From an uncultured virus (IMG/VR IMGVR_UViG_3300018421_000020) (lineage: Duplodnaviria > Heunggongvirae > Uroviricota > Caudoviricetes): 64,000 bases of DNA. The notes below the pieces were generated by a model. That model ran no database searches and was not told the origin of the DNA. It saw only the letters and a program-made list of their open reading frames with translations. Shown in pieces: positions 1 through 8,789 of the stretch. The stretch is taken from the IMG/VR virus record IMGVR_UViG_3300018421_000020; one strand, 5' to 3'. The position numbers and the translations under genes were made by a program. The number at the start of each line of letters is the position of its first letter. Position 1 is the stretch's first letter.

Positions 1-553
1 CCTGAACAACCTGACCACCACTAGGCAGTCCTGCTACTATCTGTTGAGGTAGTGGGACTGCTTCTGTTATCTGGACACACTCGTTGCCCATCAGTTTATA
101 TTCAACAACCTTTTTTCTAAATCCTTCTACCATTGTTCCTACAGGTTCCTTTGCTTCCTGTGCTGGTGTAGGACAATCTATCTTGGCAGTAGCAGGTGTA
201 TTGGGAACCTCTGGTGTCTCAGGAACCTCTGGTGATTCTGGTGGGTCAACTTTCGGCGGTGGTGCCGAAGTCGTGATTGTCATATCCTCTGGAGAATATT
301 CAATAGGATTAAAGTTAGGCATACCACTATCGCAGTATGTAACCAGTCCTTTAGTGTCATCTTGACCTACTGTTTTAGATTTGTTGTTGCTTTCATGTGC
401 CTCAACGCATCCAGGAATGTCCACCACAGGCACACCAATATTCACCACAACTGGTGGTGCTACAGGGATTGCAGGTGAAGTTGTGTTAACTGTATCTGGT
501 ATTTCAATCTCCCTAATGTTGATGTTAGGAGAAGTAATGTCAGGTATTTCCAT
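1..553 (-). CDS. Hypothetical Pro-rich, Cys-containing phage protein (partial, runs off left edge)
   Basis: Read manually, not in ORF track: MEIPDITSPNINIREIEIPD...VVNIGVPVVDIPGCVEAH...YCDSGMPNFNP...; start overlaps the upstream stop (TGATG); open to position 1. Confidence 0.7.
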   Translation of the reverse strand, partial: MEIPDITSPNINIREIEIPDTVNTTSPAIPVAPPVVVNIGVPVVDIPGCVEAHESNNKSKTVGQDDTKGLVTYCDSGMPNFNPIEYSPEDMTITTSAPPPKVDPPESPEVPETPEVPNTPATAKIDCPTPAQEAKEPVGTMVEGFRKKVVEYKLMGNECVQITEAVPLPQQIVAGLPSGGQVVQ

Positions 554-669
554 CAATCATCTTTGAAAAGATTCATCAACGCAGTAAAGGCAGAATGGAA
601 TGCAACGTATAGAAAAAATTCTTCCTTTTGATCTTTTCTGATCCGTTTTCTGTATGTAGTTTGTGCCAT
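553..669 (-). CDS. Small hypothetical protein (38 aa), basic N-terminus plus hydrophobic helix
   Basis: Read manually: MAQTTYRKRIRKDQKEEFFLYVAFHSAFTALMNLFKDD*; TAAATA box just upstream; stop coupled to the next start. Confidence 0.55.
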   Translation of the reverse strand: MAQTTYRKRIRKDQKEEFFLYVAFHSAFTALMNLFKDD

Positions 670-691
670 ATCTTTTAATAACGATTTATCT

Positions 692-697
692 TATTTA
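692..697 (-). promoter_or_regulatory. T4-type late promoter core (TAAATA)
   Basis: tattta on + in the AT-rich intergenic gap 23 nt upstream of the 38-aa ORF. Confidence 0.5.
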
Positions 698-718
698 ACA
701 AAACTCATTAAATTTTAA

Positions 719-1360
719 TTAACAATCGTTAAACGCTGACCCTACTTCAGATCCAATTTCAGATCCTGCTTTCTGTCCTAGAAGCAGTGCCCAACCACCT
801 GCCAACCATCCGACATATGGAATACTGGTGACTGCTGGGACAATCAGACCAGCACTAATTGCGGTCCCCGCCATGGCACCTTGAGACCGTGCTCCAGCGT
901 CCGCCCTGATGCACTCTTCGCTTTTCGCACCGAGCTTTCCCTCGGGGTCAACTGCCCCTCCCAAATTTCTAGCGCCATCCATCGTGTATTGATCACGACG
1001 ATATTCGCGACGACGTTCAACACCACCGCCACCAAACAATCCACCCCTCGTCCGATCCAGTTCCAAAGATCTATCAGACTCCAAAACTTTGGGATCGTTT
1101 GCACGATACTCAATCTCATATCCATCCTTACCAGCTTTGATTCTGTAAGAAGAATATGGTCCAGTAGGGATATTGATTACAGGAGGTTCATGAACATTAG
1201 GTTGCCTAACCACATACCCCAGAAGTCCAATGTGAGAGATACCAATAACAGCACCTAATGCCAACGCAACCGTCTTAATTGGGGATTTAGACTTGCGTGG
1301 CACATGCTCGGTGACTTGCTCGGTGACTTGCTCGGTCACATCAGACTTCCAGAGTTTCAT
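719..1360 (-). CDS. Hypothetical membrane protein, N-terminal TM helix and C-terminal glycine-zipper-like segment
   Basis: TM VALALGAVIGISHIGLLGYVV; C-terminal GAMAGTAISAG...GWLAGGWALLLGQKAGSEIGSEVG. Confidence 0.75.
   Translation of the reverse strand: MKLWKSDVTEQVTEQVTEHVPRKSKSPIKTVALALGAVIGISHIGLLGYVVRQPNVHEPPVINIPTGPYSSYRIKAGKDGYEIEYRANDPKVLESDRSLELDRTRGGLFGGGGVERRREYRRDQYTMDGARNLGGAVDPEGKLGAKSEECIRADAGARSQGAMAGTAISAGLIVPAVTSIPYVGWLAGGWALLLGQKAGSEIGSEVGSAFNDC
1305..1340. repeat. 12-bp tandem repeat (about 3 copies) encoding VTEQ-VTEQ-VTEH
   Basis: tgctcggtgact x2 followed by tgctcggtcaca. Confidence 0.85.
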
Positions 1361-1362
1361 GG

Positions 1363-1641
1363 TTAGAAGGGGAGAGCGGGACCAGTGACAGCAGGAGCGC
1401 CTCCACCAACGCCAGGAGCGGCAGGAAGGGCACCACCAGTTACCTCGGGTAACTCGGGCATAGCAGCGTCTAGCATCCCTGGGAGGGCGGCAGAGACTGC
1501 CTCTGTTGCTGCCTTAGTGGCAGCATCCTTTGCCTGATCTATCAGGGCATCCTTATTCATAAGGACATAACCAGCACCACCGATGAGGGCAGCACTGGTA
1601 AGACCTGACAGAAGGGCAACGACGTTAATTAGTTTTTGCAT
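1363..1641 (-). CDS. Hypothetical membrane protein, N-terminal TM helix and Pro/Gly-rich tail
   Basis: MQKLINVVALLSGLTSAALIGGAGYVL...; ATG at 1641 preferred over the ORF-track start at 1653. Confidence 0.75.
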   Translation of the reverse strand: MQKLINVVALLSGLTSAALIGGAGYVLMNKDALIDQAKDAATKAATEAVSAALPGMLDAAMPELPEVTGGALPAAPGVGGGAPAVTGPALPF

Positions 1642-1951
1642 CTTTAGGTTCAATAGCAGGAGCGACAGGGGGTTCTTCTTTTTTCGCTACTGGTTTTGCA
1701 CCGTTGCCATTACCACCACCCGCTTTAGCAGGAGACAATCCGAAGGCAGCTAACGATCCAGAAAACACGGATGCGATAAAGGTAGGGTCAAAATCTAGGA
1801 TCTTCTGACCGTTTGGTAGTCTAACGTAACTAAACGTAAGGAGAGAGGCGGACCAAATAAGTACGACTACTTTCACCAAATTACCAAGGACTTCACTTTT
1901 ATCTTCATCATGGTCCTTCTCTTCTACCTTAGCTTTGGATTTACCAAGCAT
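1625..1951 (-). CDS. Small two-TM membrane protein (holin-like topology)
   Basis: Two hydrophobic segments (LVKVVVLIWSASLLTFSYV; FIASVFSGSLAAFGL) with charged termini; DFDPTFIAS motif. Confidence 0.75.
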   Translation of the reverse strand: MLGKSKAKVEEKDHDEDKSEVLGNLVKVVVLIWSASLLTFSYVRLPNGQKILDFDPTFIASVFSGSLAAFGLSPAKAGGGNGNGAKPVAKKEEPPVAPAIEPKDAKTN

Positions 1952-1972
1952 GAGTATAGAGAAAGGCTCCTC

Positions 1973-1979
1973 TATTTAT
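1973..1979 (-). promoter_or_regulatory. Late promoter ATAAATA overlapping the regA stop
   Basis: tatttat on +, 22 nt upstream of the ORF at 1951. Confidence 0.6.
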
Positions 1980-2413
1980 TCAGCGGGAACGTATTCGGGT
2001 TGCTTCTTTTTGCCAATGTTATATTTGGATTCTAAAATCCACTCACCCTTCTCTTTGAATGAGATGATTTTAATTTGACTAAGTGGTGCAATATCTGCAA
2101 TCGTATCCTTCTTAGGAATGTCTACCAAACCCCAATCAGACAGGAGTTGTACGATCCTATTGCGTCTCTGCACATCGTTCTGTGAAAGATTAGTTCTTTT
2201 GCCATCCAAGGCAAACAATTCTTTGAAGTGGACAATAAAGTATTGACCCTTCTTATGTAAAATGTGACACGACTGATATAACTTTTTTTCCTTACGAGAG
2301 GCAACACCAATACGGGTCAACGTCTCTCTTACTTTGAGGAAGTCATCAGGTTCCCTAAGGGTAACCTCAATCATATCATTTTTAGTCCACGCGATCTCCT
2401 GATCTTCGCCCAT
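1976..2413 (-). CDS. regA: RegA translational repressor
   Basis: EPDDFLKVRETLTRIGVASRKEKKLYQSCHILHK.GQYFIVHFKELFALDG signature; follows g62. Confidence 0.97.
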   Translation of the reverse strand: MGEDQEIAWTKNDMIEVTLREPDDFLKVRETLTRIGVASRKEKKLYQSCHILHKKGQYFIVHFKELFALDGKRTNLSQNDVQRRNRIVQLLSDWGLVDIPKKDTIADIAPLSQIKIISFKEKGEWILESKYNIGKKKQPEYVPAE

Positions 2414-2795
2414 TCTGTCCTCCTGTATTCAGTTTATCCTTAATGTAATCAATTTGTTGACGAGACAGGATGTCTAGTGCTTGGCGTGCCTTTTCTACAG
2501 AGTAACCATAGTATTTCTGCACAAGTTCAAGGTCTTCAATCTTGTCCTTTTTGTCCCAAGGAGAGAATCTCTTCCGAGGTCGTACAGTATTTATAAAAAA
2601 GTCATATTGCATTCTGGAGGGCAACTGATTCCAGAAGTTCATTTCATTAGCGTGTAGCACAGTGTCAATGTGATGTGACATGCACTTGTTTACGATGTAT
2701 GCTGGATACTTTTTCTCTGCCAGAGGATCTTCCTCCATCAGATTATCCTTTGATTGGTTGATAGTGTTGAGGTAGTCTTTCAGTTGGTACATCAT
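2382..2795 (-). CDS. g62: Clamp loader small subunit gp62
   Basis: LKDYLNTIN...YPAYIVNKCMS...ANEMN...QYDFFIN..RPRKRFSPW..YYGYS.EKA; T4 synteny g44-g62-regA. Confidence 0.92.
   Translation of the reverse strand: MMYQLKDYLNTINQSKDNLMEEDPLAEKKYPAYIVNKCMSHHIDTVLHANEMNFWNQLPSRMQYDFFINTVRPRKRFSPWDKKDKIEDLELVQKYYGYSVEKARQALDILSRQQIDYIKDKLNTGGQNGRRSGDRVD
2588..2595 (-). promoter_or_regulatory. Perfect T4 late promoter TATAAATA inside g62
   Basis: tatttata on +, about 175 nt upstream of regA. Confidence 0.5.
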
Positions 2796-2943
2796 TCCAG
2801 TGTCTTACTGCGTTAGCAATGATGGCCACATTAGTGACCATGTAACAAATAAAAATAAGGGTGCGTATGCCAGCAATAATATCTGCCTCTTTATCATCTC
2901 GTCCATCTTTCTGCCCTAATGCTTTTGCCCAGATTCTCCACAT
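2743..2943 (-). CDS. Small hypothetical membrane protein
   Basis: MWRIWAKALG..DG..DKEADIIAGIRT followed by a TM helix; start coupled to the upstream stop. Confidence 0.7.
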   Translation of the reverse strand: MWRIWAKALGQKDGRDDKEADIIAGIRTLIFICYMVTNVAIIANAVRHWNDVPTERLPQHYQPIKG

Positions 2944-3086
2944 CAGTCAAACACCGCAGTAACTCCCATAACTTGAGCTCCAGGGTTTCGTGCTAATGCA
3001 ATAGTTCTAGCATGTTGATAGTCACGAGCAATGACTACTTCATCAAAGATCTTGCCCGCTATGTACAATTGTACCTTACATTTCAT
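2943..3086 (-). CDS. Small hypothetical protein (47 aa)
   Basis: Read manually: MKCKVQLYIAGKIFDEVVIARDYQHARTIALARNPGAQVMGVTAVFD*; fills the gap exactly, overlapping both neighbours. Confidence 0.7.
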   Translation of the reverse strand: MKCKVQLYIAGKIFDEVVIARDYQHARTIALARNPGAQVMGVTAVFD

Positions 3087-3906
3087 AATTCATCAACACC
3101 AATTCCTTACGCTCATGCTGGTCTTTCATGTAGTCTCCTACAGACCGCATTGTATATGTATGATCAAACTCAGCAGCAATCCAGTCTTTGAATCGGTCCT
3201 TGATCATTTGGGTCGCATTGTATGATACAAGTTGACGGCACACATAGTTGTCACAAATATGAGCAAACTTATCGTGGTCAAAACCTCGGTGCATGTTTCC
3301 TTTTTTCCCGTAGAGGTTGTCTTTGATGTCATAGGGAGGATCAAGGTAAACAAATGCTAGACGGTTATCGTCCAACAATGCAGCGTAATCGTAGTTGGTT
3401 ATAGTCCAATTGCGAATAGCGTATGAATAGAACTTCAGTTTTTCAATTCCTCGCATTGAGAAGTTGGAGTCTGATGCTTGGGCACTGAAGGAAGAAGATT
3501 CGGTAAGACCACTAAAACTACACTTATTAGCGACGTAAAAAGCAATAGCTCTGTCCAGGTGACTTTTCTCTCTGTCATTGATAATCTCCTTTGCCTCTAG
3601 AAATAATCCCTTAGCGGATCCCTGATCAGGGTAACGGGATTTCAATTCAATGAGTTTGAGTTGTAACTTATCTCCATCATCCTGCAAAGTCTTCCAGAAG
3701 TTCACCAGGGGTTCGTACAGATCATTCACCCACACACGAAGGTCTGGATACTTTTGTGTCACCCACAGAGCGACAGAACCGCCACCTAGAAATGGTTCAC
3801 GATAGACTTGATAGTTTGAGAGATCAGGGACAAACTGAGCGAGTTTAGGAACTGCGCGACTCTTCCCCCCAGGATACCTCAGAGGTGTTTTCAAAATCTG
3901 GTTCAT
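3076..3906 (-). CDS. dam: DNA adenine methyltransferase (Dam/D12 class)
   Basis: LRYPGGKS, EPFLGGGSV (motif I), VNDL, YLDPPY (motif IV). Confidence 0.95.
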   Translation of the reverse strand: MNQILKTPLRYPGGKSRAVPKLAQFVPDLSNYQVYREPFLGGGSVALWVTQKYPDLRVWVNDLYEPLVNFWKTLQDDGDKLQLKLIELKSRYPDQGSAKGLFLEAKEIINDREKSHLDRAIAFYVANKCSFSGLTESSSFSAQASDSNFSMRGIEKLKFYSYAIRNWTITNYDYAALLDDNRLAFVYLDPPYDIKDNLYGKKGNMHRGFDHDKFAHICDNYVCRQLVSYNATQMIKDRFKDWIAAEFDHTYTMRSVGDYMKDQHERKELVLMNYEM

Positions 3907-4093
3907 GATACTTCAGATACTCGCGGAAGGTTTGCATAATTTCTTTTTGAGTCATGCCACAATTAGCAGCTGCCTCTGGTAGATTCATTGTAGCATGAAA
4001 AAGTCCTTGATGGGACTGCTCCACATTTTCAGGTGTGGTCTTTACAGTCTTTCCCATCAAAGAATCCCAATAGCGTTGTTTTTGTTCGTTCAT
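3845..4093 (-). CDS. Hypothetical protein (possible HTH: MNLPEAAANCGMTQKE)
   Basis: ORF track; operon-coupled. Confidence 0.65.
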   Translation of the reverse strand: MNEQKQRYWDSLMGKTVKTTPENVEQSHQGLFHATMNLPEAAANCGMTQKEIMQTFREYLKYHEPDFENTSEVSWGEESRSS

Positions 4094-4254
4094 TTTTGTA
4101 GAGCGGACTCTAATCCCATCGTCAATCTTAGCACAGAACCTGCCATAATACGATAACCTGTGCCCACATAGATCTGTCCGAGCAATACAAACAGAGTCAT
4201 AGCGCCCCAGAAGTAGTAATACATTCTGGATTTGATCTGACGTGGTTTTTTCAT
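4090..4254 (-). CDS. Small hypothetical membrane protein (54 aa)
   Basis: Read manually: MKKPRQIKSRMYYYFWGAMTLFVLLGQIYVGTGYRIMAGSVLRLTMGLESALQK*; ATGA overlap with the next gene. Confidence 0.65.
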   Translation of the reverse strand: MKKPRQIKSRMYYYFWGAMTLFVLLGQIYVGTGYRIMAGSVLRLTMGLESALQK

Positions 4255-4256
4255 GA

Positions 4257-4547
4257 TTAGATAATGAGTTTTTTCTCTTCAGGAGTGATCAGTGGACTGC
4301 CGTACATTTCCTTGTACTTTTTCTTAACCGAGGGATGGACTTCAGCAACATACACAACATGCTTCATGTCCAATGTGATTTCAGGTTGTTCAGTATCTAT
4401 AACACTTGCCCATTGCATGAATCCAAATGTTTGCCCTTGAGGAAGAACGACCAGACCATTCTTTACAGTCATCATGCCATTAGACCAGTCAAGGACTTCA
4501 GCAATTACTTCTTCACCTGTGACAATTCTGAGTAGTTTAATGTCCAT
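4257..4547 (-). CDS. Conserved T4-like phage hypothetical protein (small beta-rich, possibly Sm-like)
   Basis: IKLLRIVTGEEVIAEV...SPLITPEEKKLII pattern typical of T4-like phages. Confidence 0.75.
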   Translation of the reverse strand: MDIKLLRIVTGEEVIAEVLDWSNGMMTVKNGLVVLPQGQTFGFMQWASVIDTEQPEITLDMKHVVYVAEVHPSVKKKYKEMYGSPLITPEEKKLII

Positions 4548-4549
4548 GA

Positions 4550-4756
4550 TTATTCAAATAGGGATTGGATTTGCGATCGTCGGTATTCTCTTAGTCTAAC
4601 AGGGTCGTTGCCATAATAACCCAGATGCATATAAATGCAATCCAAATAACTAAGATCATCTCTGTCAACGTTTACACTATAGTTATCACAGTAAAACACA
4701 ATGTCCTGTGGCACTTCAAGTGGTTCGGGATAATCAATAAAAAATGGAACGGTCAC
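4550..4756 (-). CDS. Hypothetical protein
   Basis: ORF track; ATGA overlap with the g44 stop. Confidence 0.65.
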   Translation of the reverse strand: MTVPFFIDYPEPLEVPQDIVFYCDNYSVNVDRDDLSYLDCIYMHLGYYGNDPVRLREYRRSQIQSLFE

Positions 4757-5697
4757 TTGAATTCACATTCCATCATGAGTTGTGTGAGACTTGCCAACAG
4801 ATTGATTTCCTGGTCAGCAACAAATGCTGCCTTGTATTGATACTCTGCAATGATGAGAACCATAGCAGCAATGGAAGATCCTTCCAGTTTGCTGTAAAGA
4901 GTATCGTAGATCTTACGGTACAGTGAGGTGACATCGTTGTCAATGTTCTGGGTCACCCACTTCTTCACCTTGGTAAAATTCTTCTCTTTCAAACCACCAA
5001 TAAGTTCATCAACAGATGCATCACTGATGACAGAGAGAATACCAGTATCAATCTTACCAGCGGCAGAATACTTCTGCAGTTCGTTAAGAACACGTCGCCA
5101 GTCAGGAAAATACTTTTGGATAACTTCGGCAACAACCTTCATCTCAAACTCAACATTCTCTGCACCGAGAATCTGGTTAATACGTTTGAAGAATGCACCT
5201 GCAAGTTGCTGCTTATCCTTACCCGTTACCCCGAAGTCCACAACTGCACATCGCGAATGCAGCGGCTCAATGATACGATTCTTGTAGTTGCAGGTGAATA
5301 TGAAACGGCAATTCTTTTGGAACTCTTCAATACTTGCTCGCAGGAGGAGTTGTACGTCGTTCGTGGTGTTGTCCGCCTCATCAATGATGAGAACTTTGTG
5401 ACGACTCTCAGAAGTGAGAGACACAGTAGAAGCAAAGGATTTTGCCTGATTGCGTACAGTGTCCAGGAAGCGTCCCTCATCCGACCCGTTGATAACATAG
5501 TAATCTGCTCCAAGTTCATCACACAATGCCTTAGCAACAGTTGTCTTACCGATGCCAGGAGGACCTGCTAGCAGCAGGTTAGGGATCTCACCATTATCAA
5601 GGAAGGATTGGAACGTACCCTTGACCTGATCAGTCAGAATACAGTCTTCAATTTTACGAGGGCGATACTTCTCAACCCACAGAAAATCATTTGCCAT
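4753..5697 (-). CDS. g44: Clamp loader large subunit gp44 (AAA+)
   Basis: LWVEKYRP, GPPGIGKTT, IIDEAD, LHSRC; ATG at 5697 preferred over 5724. Confidence 0.97.
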   Translation of the reverse strand: MANDFLWVEKYRPRKIEDCILTDQVKGTFQSFLDNGEIPNLLLAGPPGIGKTTVAKALCDELGADYYVINGSDEGRFLDTVRNQAKSFASTVSLTSESRHKVLIIDEADNTTNDVQLLLRASIEEFQKNCRFIFTCNYKNRIIEPLHSRCAVVDFGVTGKDKQQLAGAFFKRINQILGAENVEFEMKVVAEVIQKYFPDWRRVLNELQKYSAAGKIDTGILSVISDASVDELIGGLKEKNFTKVKKWVTQNIDNDVTSLYRKIYDTLYSKLEGSSIAAMVLIIAEYQYKAAFVADQEINLLASLTQLMMECEFK

Positions 5698-6223
5698 TGA
5701 TACAGTCAAATCGTACGGACTCAAAATTGTAGTTACAACTGATGATAGTCTTTCTATTATCAGATTGTATAGGTGGAGAACGGTGTGCCTGATAAGCGGG
5801 GAAGACTACAATATCCCCTTCTCTAGCATCCAGTTGAAACTTTTTACGAGTCTCTGGACACCAGAACTCAGTGCTGTGCTCGGGACCATCCAACTCTAAG
5901 TAGTATACCATACTTACGTTAGAACGGGAATGGGTATGCCAATGGTGGGTATCCAGATTGTAATACTGCTGATACCATCCATTGTAAAGACTAAAATTTA
6001 GAAGACAATACTTCTGACTCATGGCATCATAGAAATCAGTGAGATTGCTATGTAAGAGTTTGAGGTACGTCTTCTGTTCTAAGTCAAGGTGTTCGTAGTA
6101 ATCAGTCTTAGCGATTCTATCAAACTCATCTGCATCGTATCCTTTCCCTGCAGAATACTGAATGCTAGTAAGTAAGGGTGTCTTCAGTTTATTGTGCAGG
6201 GGAAAGGTGTACTTCCAGATCAT
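5687..6223 (-). CDS. Putative 2OG-Fe(II) oxygenase
   Basis: HHWHTH...SMVYYL...EGDIVVFPAYQAHRSPP...RKTIISCN double-stranded beta-helix pattern. Confidence 0.75.
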   Translation of the reverse strand: MIWKYTFPLHNKLKTPLLTSIQYSAGKGYDADEFDRIAKTDYYEHLDLEQKTYLKLLHSNLTDFYDAMSQKYCLLNFSLYNGWYQQYYNLDTHHWHTHSRSNVSMVYYLELDGPEHSTEFWCPETRKKFQLDAREGDIVVFPAYQAHRSPPIQSDNRKTIISCNYNFESVRFDCINGK

Positions 6224-6879
6224 GTGTTTGGTTCAAGTGCAATCCAGTATTTAACATTGTTGCCTTCAAAGAATGCAACGTTGTGGCGACTGACAGTCAC
6301 ATCGTAATCATCTGCCAACAGTTTCAGGTTCTCAATCTTGAAACAATAGCAGAACTCGCTACTAGTCTCACCAACTTCCATGGAGAAGGTATTAGAAGTC
6401 TCGTTCTTCTTATCGGTCACACAGAGTTTCAGAACTCCACCGTCGCCATACAGGCACAGATCGGGCACCTGATAGACTGCAGCGGCACGCTGAAGATCTT
6501 TGAGTACAGATGCAGTCAGACGAAACTTAACATCCTCAGAAGGCAGTTTAAGTTCTTTGTCAGGTGGTTGCACAATCACATCGGGATCGGCATAAAAGAA
6601 CTTAGTTTTAGAACGACCGCTGCTGTCACTGACAGACAGGAACTGGGAGTTGCTAGTATCAAACTGGGGTTGATCAAACAGACTCAGACAACCAAGGAAA
6701 GCACTCAGATCATAGATAGAAATCTGAGTATCAAAGGATTCCTCAATCTGAGCAACACTCATGATGTTCTTATTGATGCTAATCGTGCTCAGTTTATTGC
6801 CAGGTTTGATGACAATAGACTTATTGATGCTGCTAAAATTACGCAGGACATCAATAGTTTCACGAGAGATAACAGTCAT
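6220..6879 (-). CDS. g45: Sliding clamp gp45
   Basis: ETIDVLRNFSSINKSI, IYDLSAFL, FKIENLKL..DDYDV, YWIALE. Confidence 0.96.
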   Translation of the reverse strand: MTVISRETIDVLRNFSSINKSIVIKPGNKLSTISINKNIMSVAQIEESFDTQISIYDLSAFLGCLSLFDQPQFDTSNSQFLSVSDSSGRSKTKFFYADPDVIVQPPDKELKLPSEDVKFRLTASVLKDLQRAAAVYQVPDLCLYGDGGVLKLCVTDKKNETSNTFSMEVGETSSEFCYCFKIENLKLLADDYDVTVSRHNVAFFEGNNVKYWIALEPNT

Positions 6880-7166
6880 CGGTTAGGATACTCCTCAAGG
6901 TTGGCATTTTTATCATTAAAGTGTAGAAGCAGAACTGCATAGTGCAAGATCTTGATGATATCGCGGCGGGCAGTACCCTTCTTATCATACCGCGAAGCAT
7001 ACTTCAGGATGTTGCAGCGGCAGAATGCTTCTGCATCACCAACAGATTCAATCAAATCAAGAGTTTGAATTGCATTGTTACCAGCGGAGTAGTGCTGGTT
7101 GTATGTGCTGGTGATGTAATCACGGAGTTCTTTCAGCAACTCCTCTTCATTATATTTGAAGGTCAT
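6876..7166 (-). CDS. DUF3310-like protein (putative nucleotide kinase family)
   Basis: HYS...IQTLDLI..GDAEAFCRCNILKYASRYDKKG..RRDIIKILHY. Confidence 0.75.
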   Translation of the reverse strand: MTFKYNEEELLKELRDYITSTYNQHYSAGNNAIQTLDLIESVGDAEAFCRCNILKYASRYDKKGTARRDIIKILHYAVLLLHFNDKNANLEEYPNR

Positions 7167-7168
7167 AA

Positions 7169-8227
7169 TCAGAATGGTGCTTCCTCAGTATTGTACTCGG
7201 AATCTTCTCCTGCGTCAACTTTGGTGTACAGATCAAGGAAGGACTGTTTAGTATCTTCGTCAAAACGATTGATACATGCAGTCACTGCCTTAATACGATC
7301 ATTGAAGATTGCATATGCTTGGGCAATATGAACCAGTCGGCGGGTGGTAATGATCTCATCAACTCCACCATCGTAGAAAGTTTTACGAATAGCGTTTGCC
7401 CACTTAACAAGGTTCTCGGTAAACTGTTCGTCGCAACCTACATTTTGCAGAATCTTCTGTTCAATGGCAGCGGTAGGATAAGACTGCTCCATGGTGATAG
7501 GGAAACGCTCAAGGAATGCTTCGTTCAGAACGTTAGTGCCGATGAAGCGACCATCATCAGAACCCTTGCCCTTAGTATTGGCAGTAGCGATTACAGTGAA
7601 ACCTTCAGCAGGACGAACATAACGATTGATCTTTTTCAGGTATACTCCTTTGCCTTCAAGGACAGACTGAAGACACAGGATCTTGTTAGATGCCAAGTCA
7701 AGTTCATCCAGCAACAGCACGGCACCACGCTCAAGTGCCTCTACAACTGGACCAGAGTGCCAGACAGTATCTCCACCGACCAGACGGAAACCACCCAGGA
7801 GATCATCCTCGTCAGTTTCAATAGTAATGTTCACACGAATCAGTTCACGACCTGCCTTAGCACACGCTTGCTCAACCGAGAGCGTCTTACCGTTGCCAGA
7901 GAGACCAGTGATAAAAGTGGGATAGAAAACTTCCGACTTGATAATCTTATGCAAGTCTGAGAAGTTACCGAACGGGACATAATTGTCCTCTTTGCTAGGG
8001 ATCAGGCACACACGTTCCTGAGCGGGAGCTTGATAGGTTTGCTCCAAACGTTCTGCAACAGTCAGGTTCCACTTACCACGACCAGTTTTGTAAGACTCCA
8101 GACGCTTCTTAACGGTGGGTTCGGAGACTTTGAAATGGGTGGCAGCAGAGTAAATATCGGAACTGTTGATCTCATCACCAACAGTGGTGGTCAGATACTG
8201 AACGAGTTGTTCGGTGGTCAGCGCCAT
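7169..8227 (-). CDS. cobS: CobS-like / MoxR-family AAA+ ATPase
   Basis: GLSGNGKT, ETDEDDLLGG, LLLDE, ATANTKGKG, NEAFLERF, ITTRRL. Confidence 0.9.
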   Translation of the reverse strand: MALTTEQLVQYLTTTVGDEINSSDIYSAATHFKVSEPTVKKRLESYKTGRGKWNLTVAERLEQTYQAPAQERVCLIPSKEDNYVPFGNFSDLHKIIKSEVFYPTFITGLSGNGKTLSVEQACAKAGRELIRVNITIETDEDDLLGGFRLVGGDTVWHSGPVVEALERGAVLLLDELDLASNKILCLQSVLEGKGVYLKKINRYVRPAEGFTVIATANTKGKGSDDGRFIGTNVLNEAFLERFPITMEQSYPTAAIEQKILQNVGCDEQFTENLVKWANAIRKTFYDGGVDEIITTRRLVHIAQAYAIFNDRIKAVTACINRFDEDTKQSFLDLYTKVDAGEDSEYNTEEAPF

Positions 8228-8250
8228 GTAGTTCCCTTGATTACCTATGT

Positions 8251-8279
8251 ATTATAGCACCCCCTAACCCAAGGGGCAA
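8251..8279 (-). promoter_or_regulatory. Sigma70-like early promoter for cobS
   Basis: TTGCCC-17nt-TATAAT on minus, preceded by ACCGTCACACCCCC. Confidence 0.8.
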
Positions 8280-8296
8280 GGGGGTGTGACGGTATA

Positions 8297-8551
8297 TCAG
8301 GCGACCATCTCCTCTCGTTTCATGTACTGAAGAAGATCTTTAAGATGTCCGATGTGTTTGGCACCGATAGCAACCTGGGGATAAGTTGCGTCTTCACCAA
8401 ACTCTTGTTCAAATGCTCTTTGAGTGAAGTGGCAATTTAATTTATATTCTTGATACTTACCACCCAAAGATGTTATTAACTCAGCAACTCTTTCACATTC
8501 TTGACTACCGTTGGTGTAGATTACACAAGTTGATGGATAGTTGTCAGGCAT
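8297..8551 (-). CDS. Glutaredoxin-like protein with monothiol SxxC site
   Basis: VIYTNGSQECER...TYPQVAIGAKHIG (cis-Pro loop of the Grx fold). Confidence 0.75.
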   Translation of the reverse strand: MPDNYPSTCVIYTNGSQECERVAELITSLGGKYQEYKLNCHFTQRAFEQEFGEDATYPQVAIGAKHIGHLKDLLQYMKREEMVA

Positions 8552-8789
8552 CGTCCTCGTAAGTGATTGTAATTTTTTTAGTAATCTTACCGCGACTATC
8601 TACCACGGTTGAATATGAAACTTGTCCACCTAGATCTTCAGCGATACGATTGATTCTCCAATACGGTGGAACTTTTTCTCTTTTCCCTTCTACCATTTGT
8701 CGTTTATCATCATCCCAAATATAGTTATGGATTTTTCCATCACTACCGACCACTTGATAATCAACTTCAGTCACGTTGTCTCCAATCAT
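8544..8789 (-). CDS. Hypothetical protein
   Basis: ORF track; operon-coupled. Confidence 0.65.
   Translation of the reverse strand: MIGDNVTEVDYQVVGSDGKIHNYIWDDDKRQMVEGKREKVPPYWRINRIAEDLGGQVSYSTVVDSRGKITKKITITYEDDA

Noticed and set aside
7169..8227. cobS as evidence of cobalamin synthesis
   Set aside because: No CobN or other cob genes; the MoxR AAA+/vWA interpretation fits better
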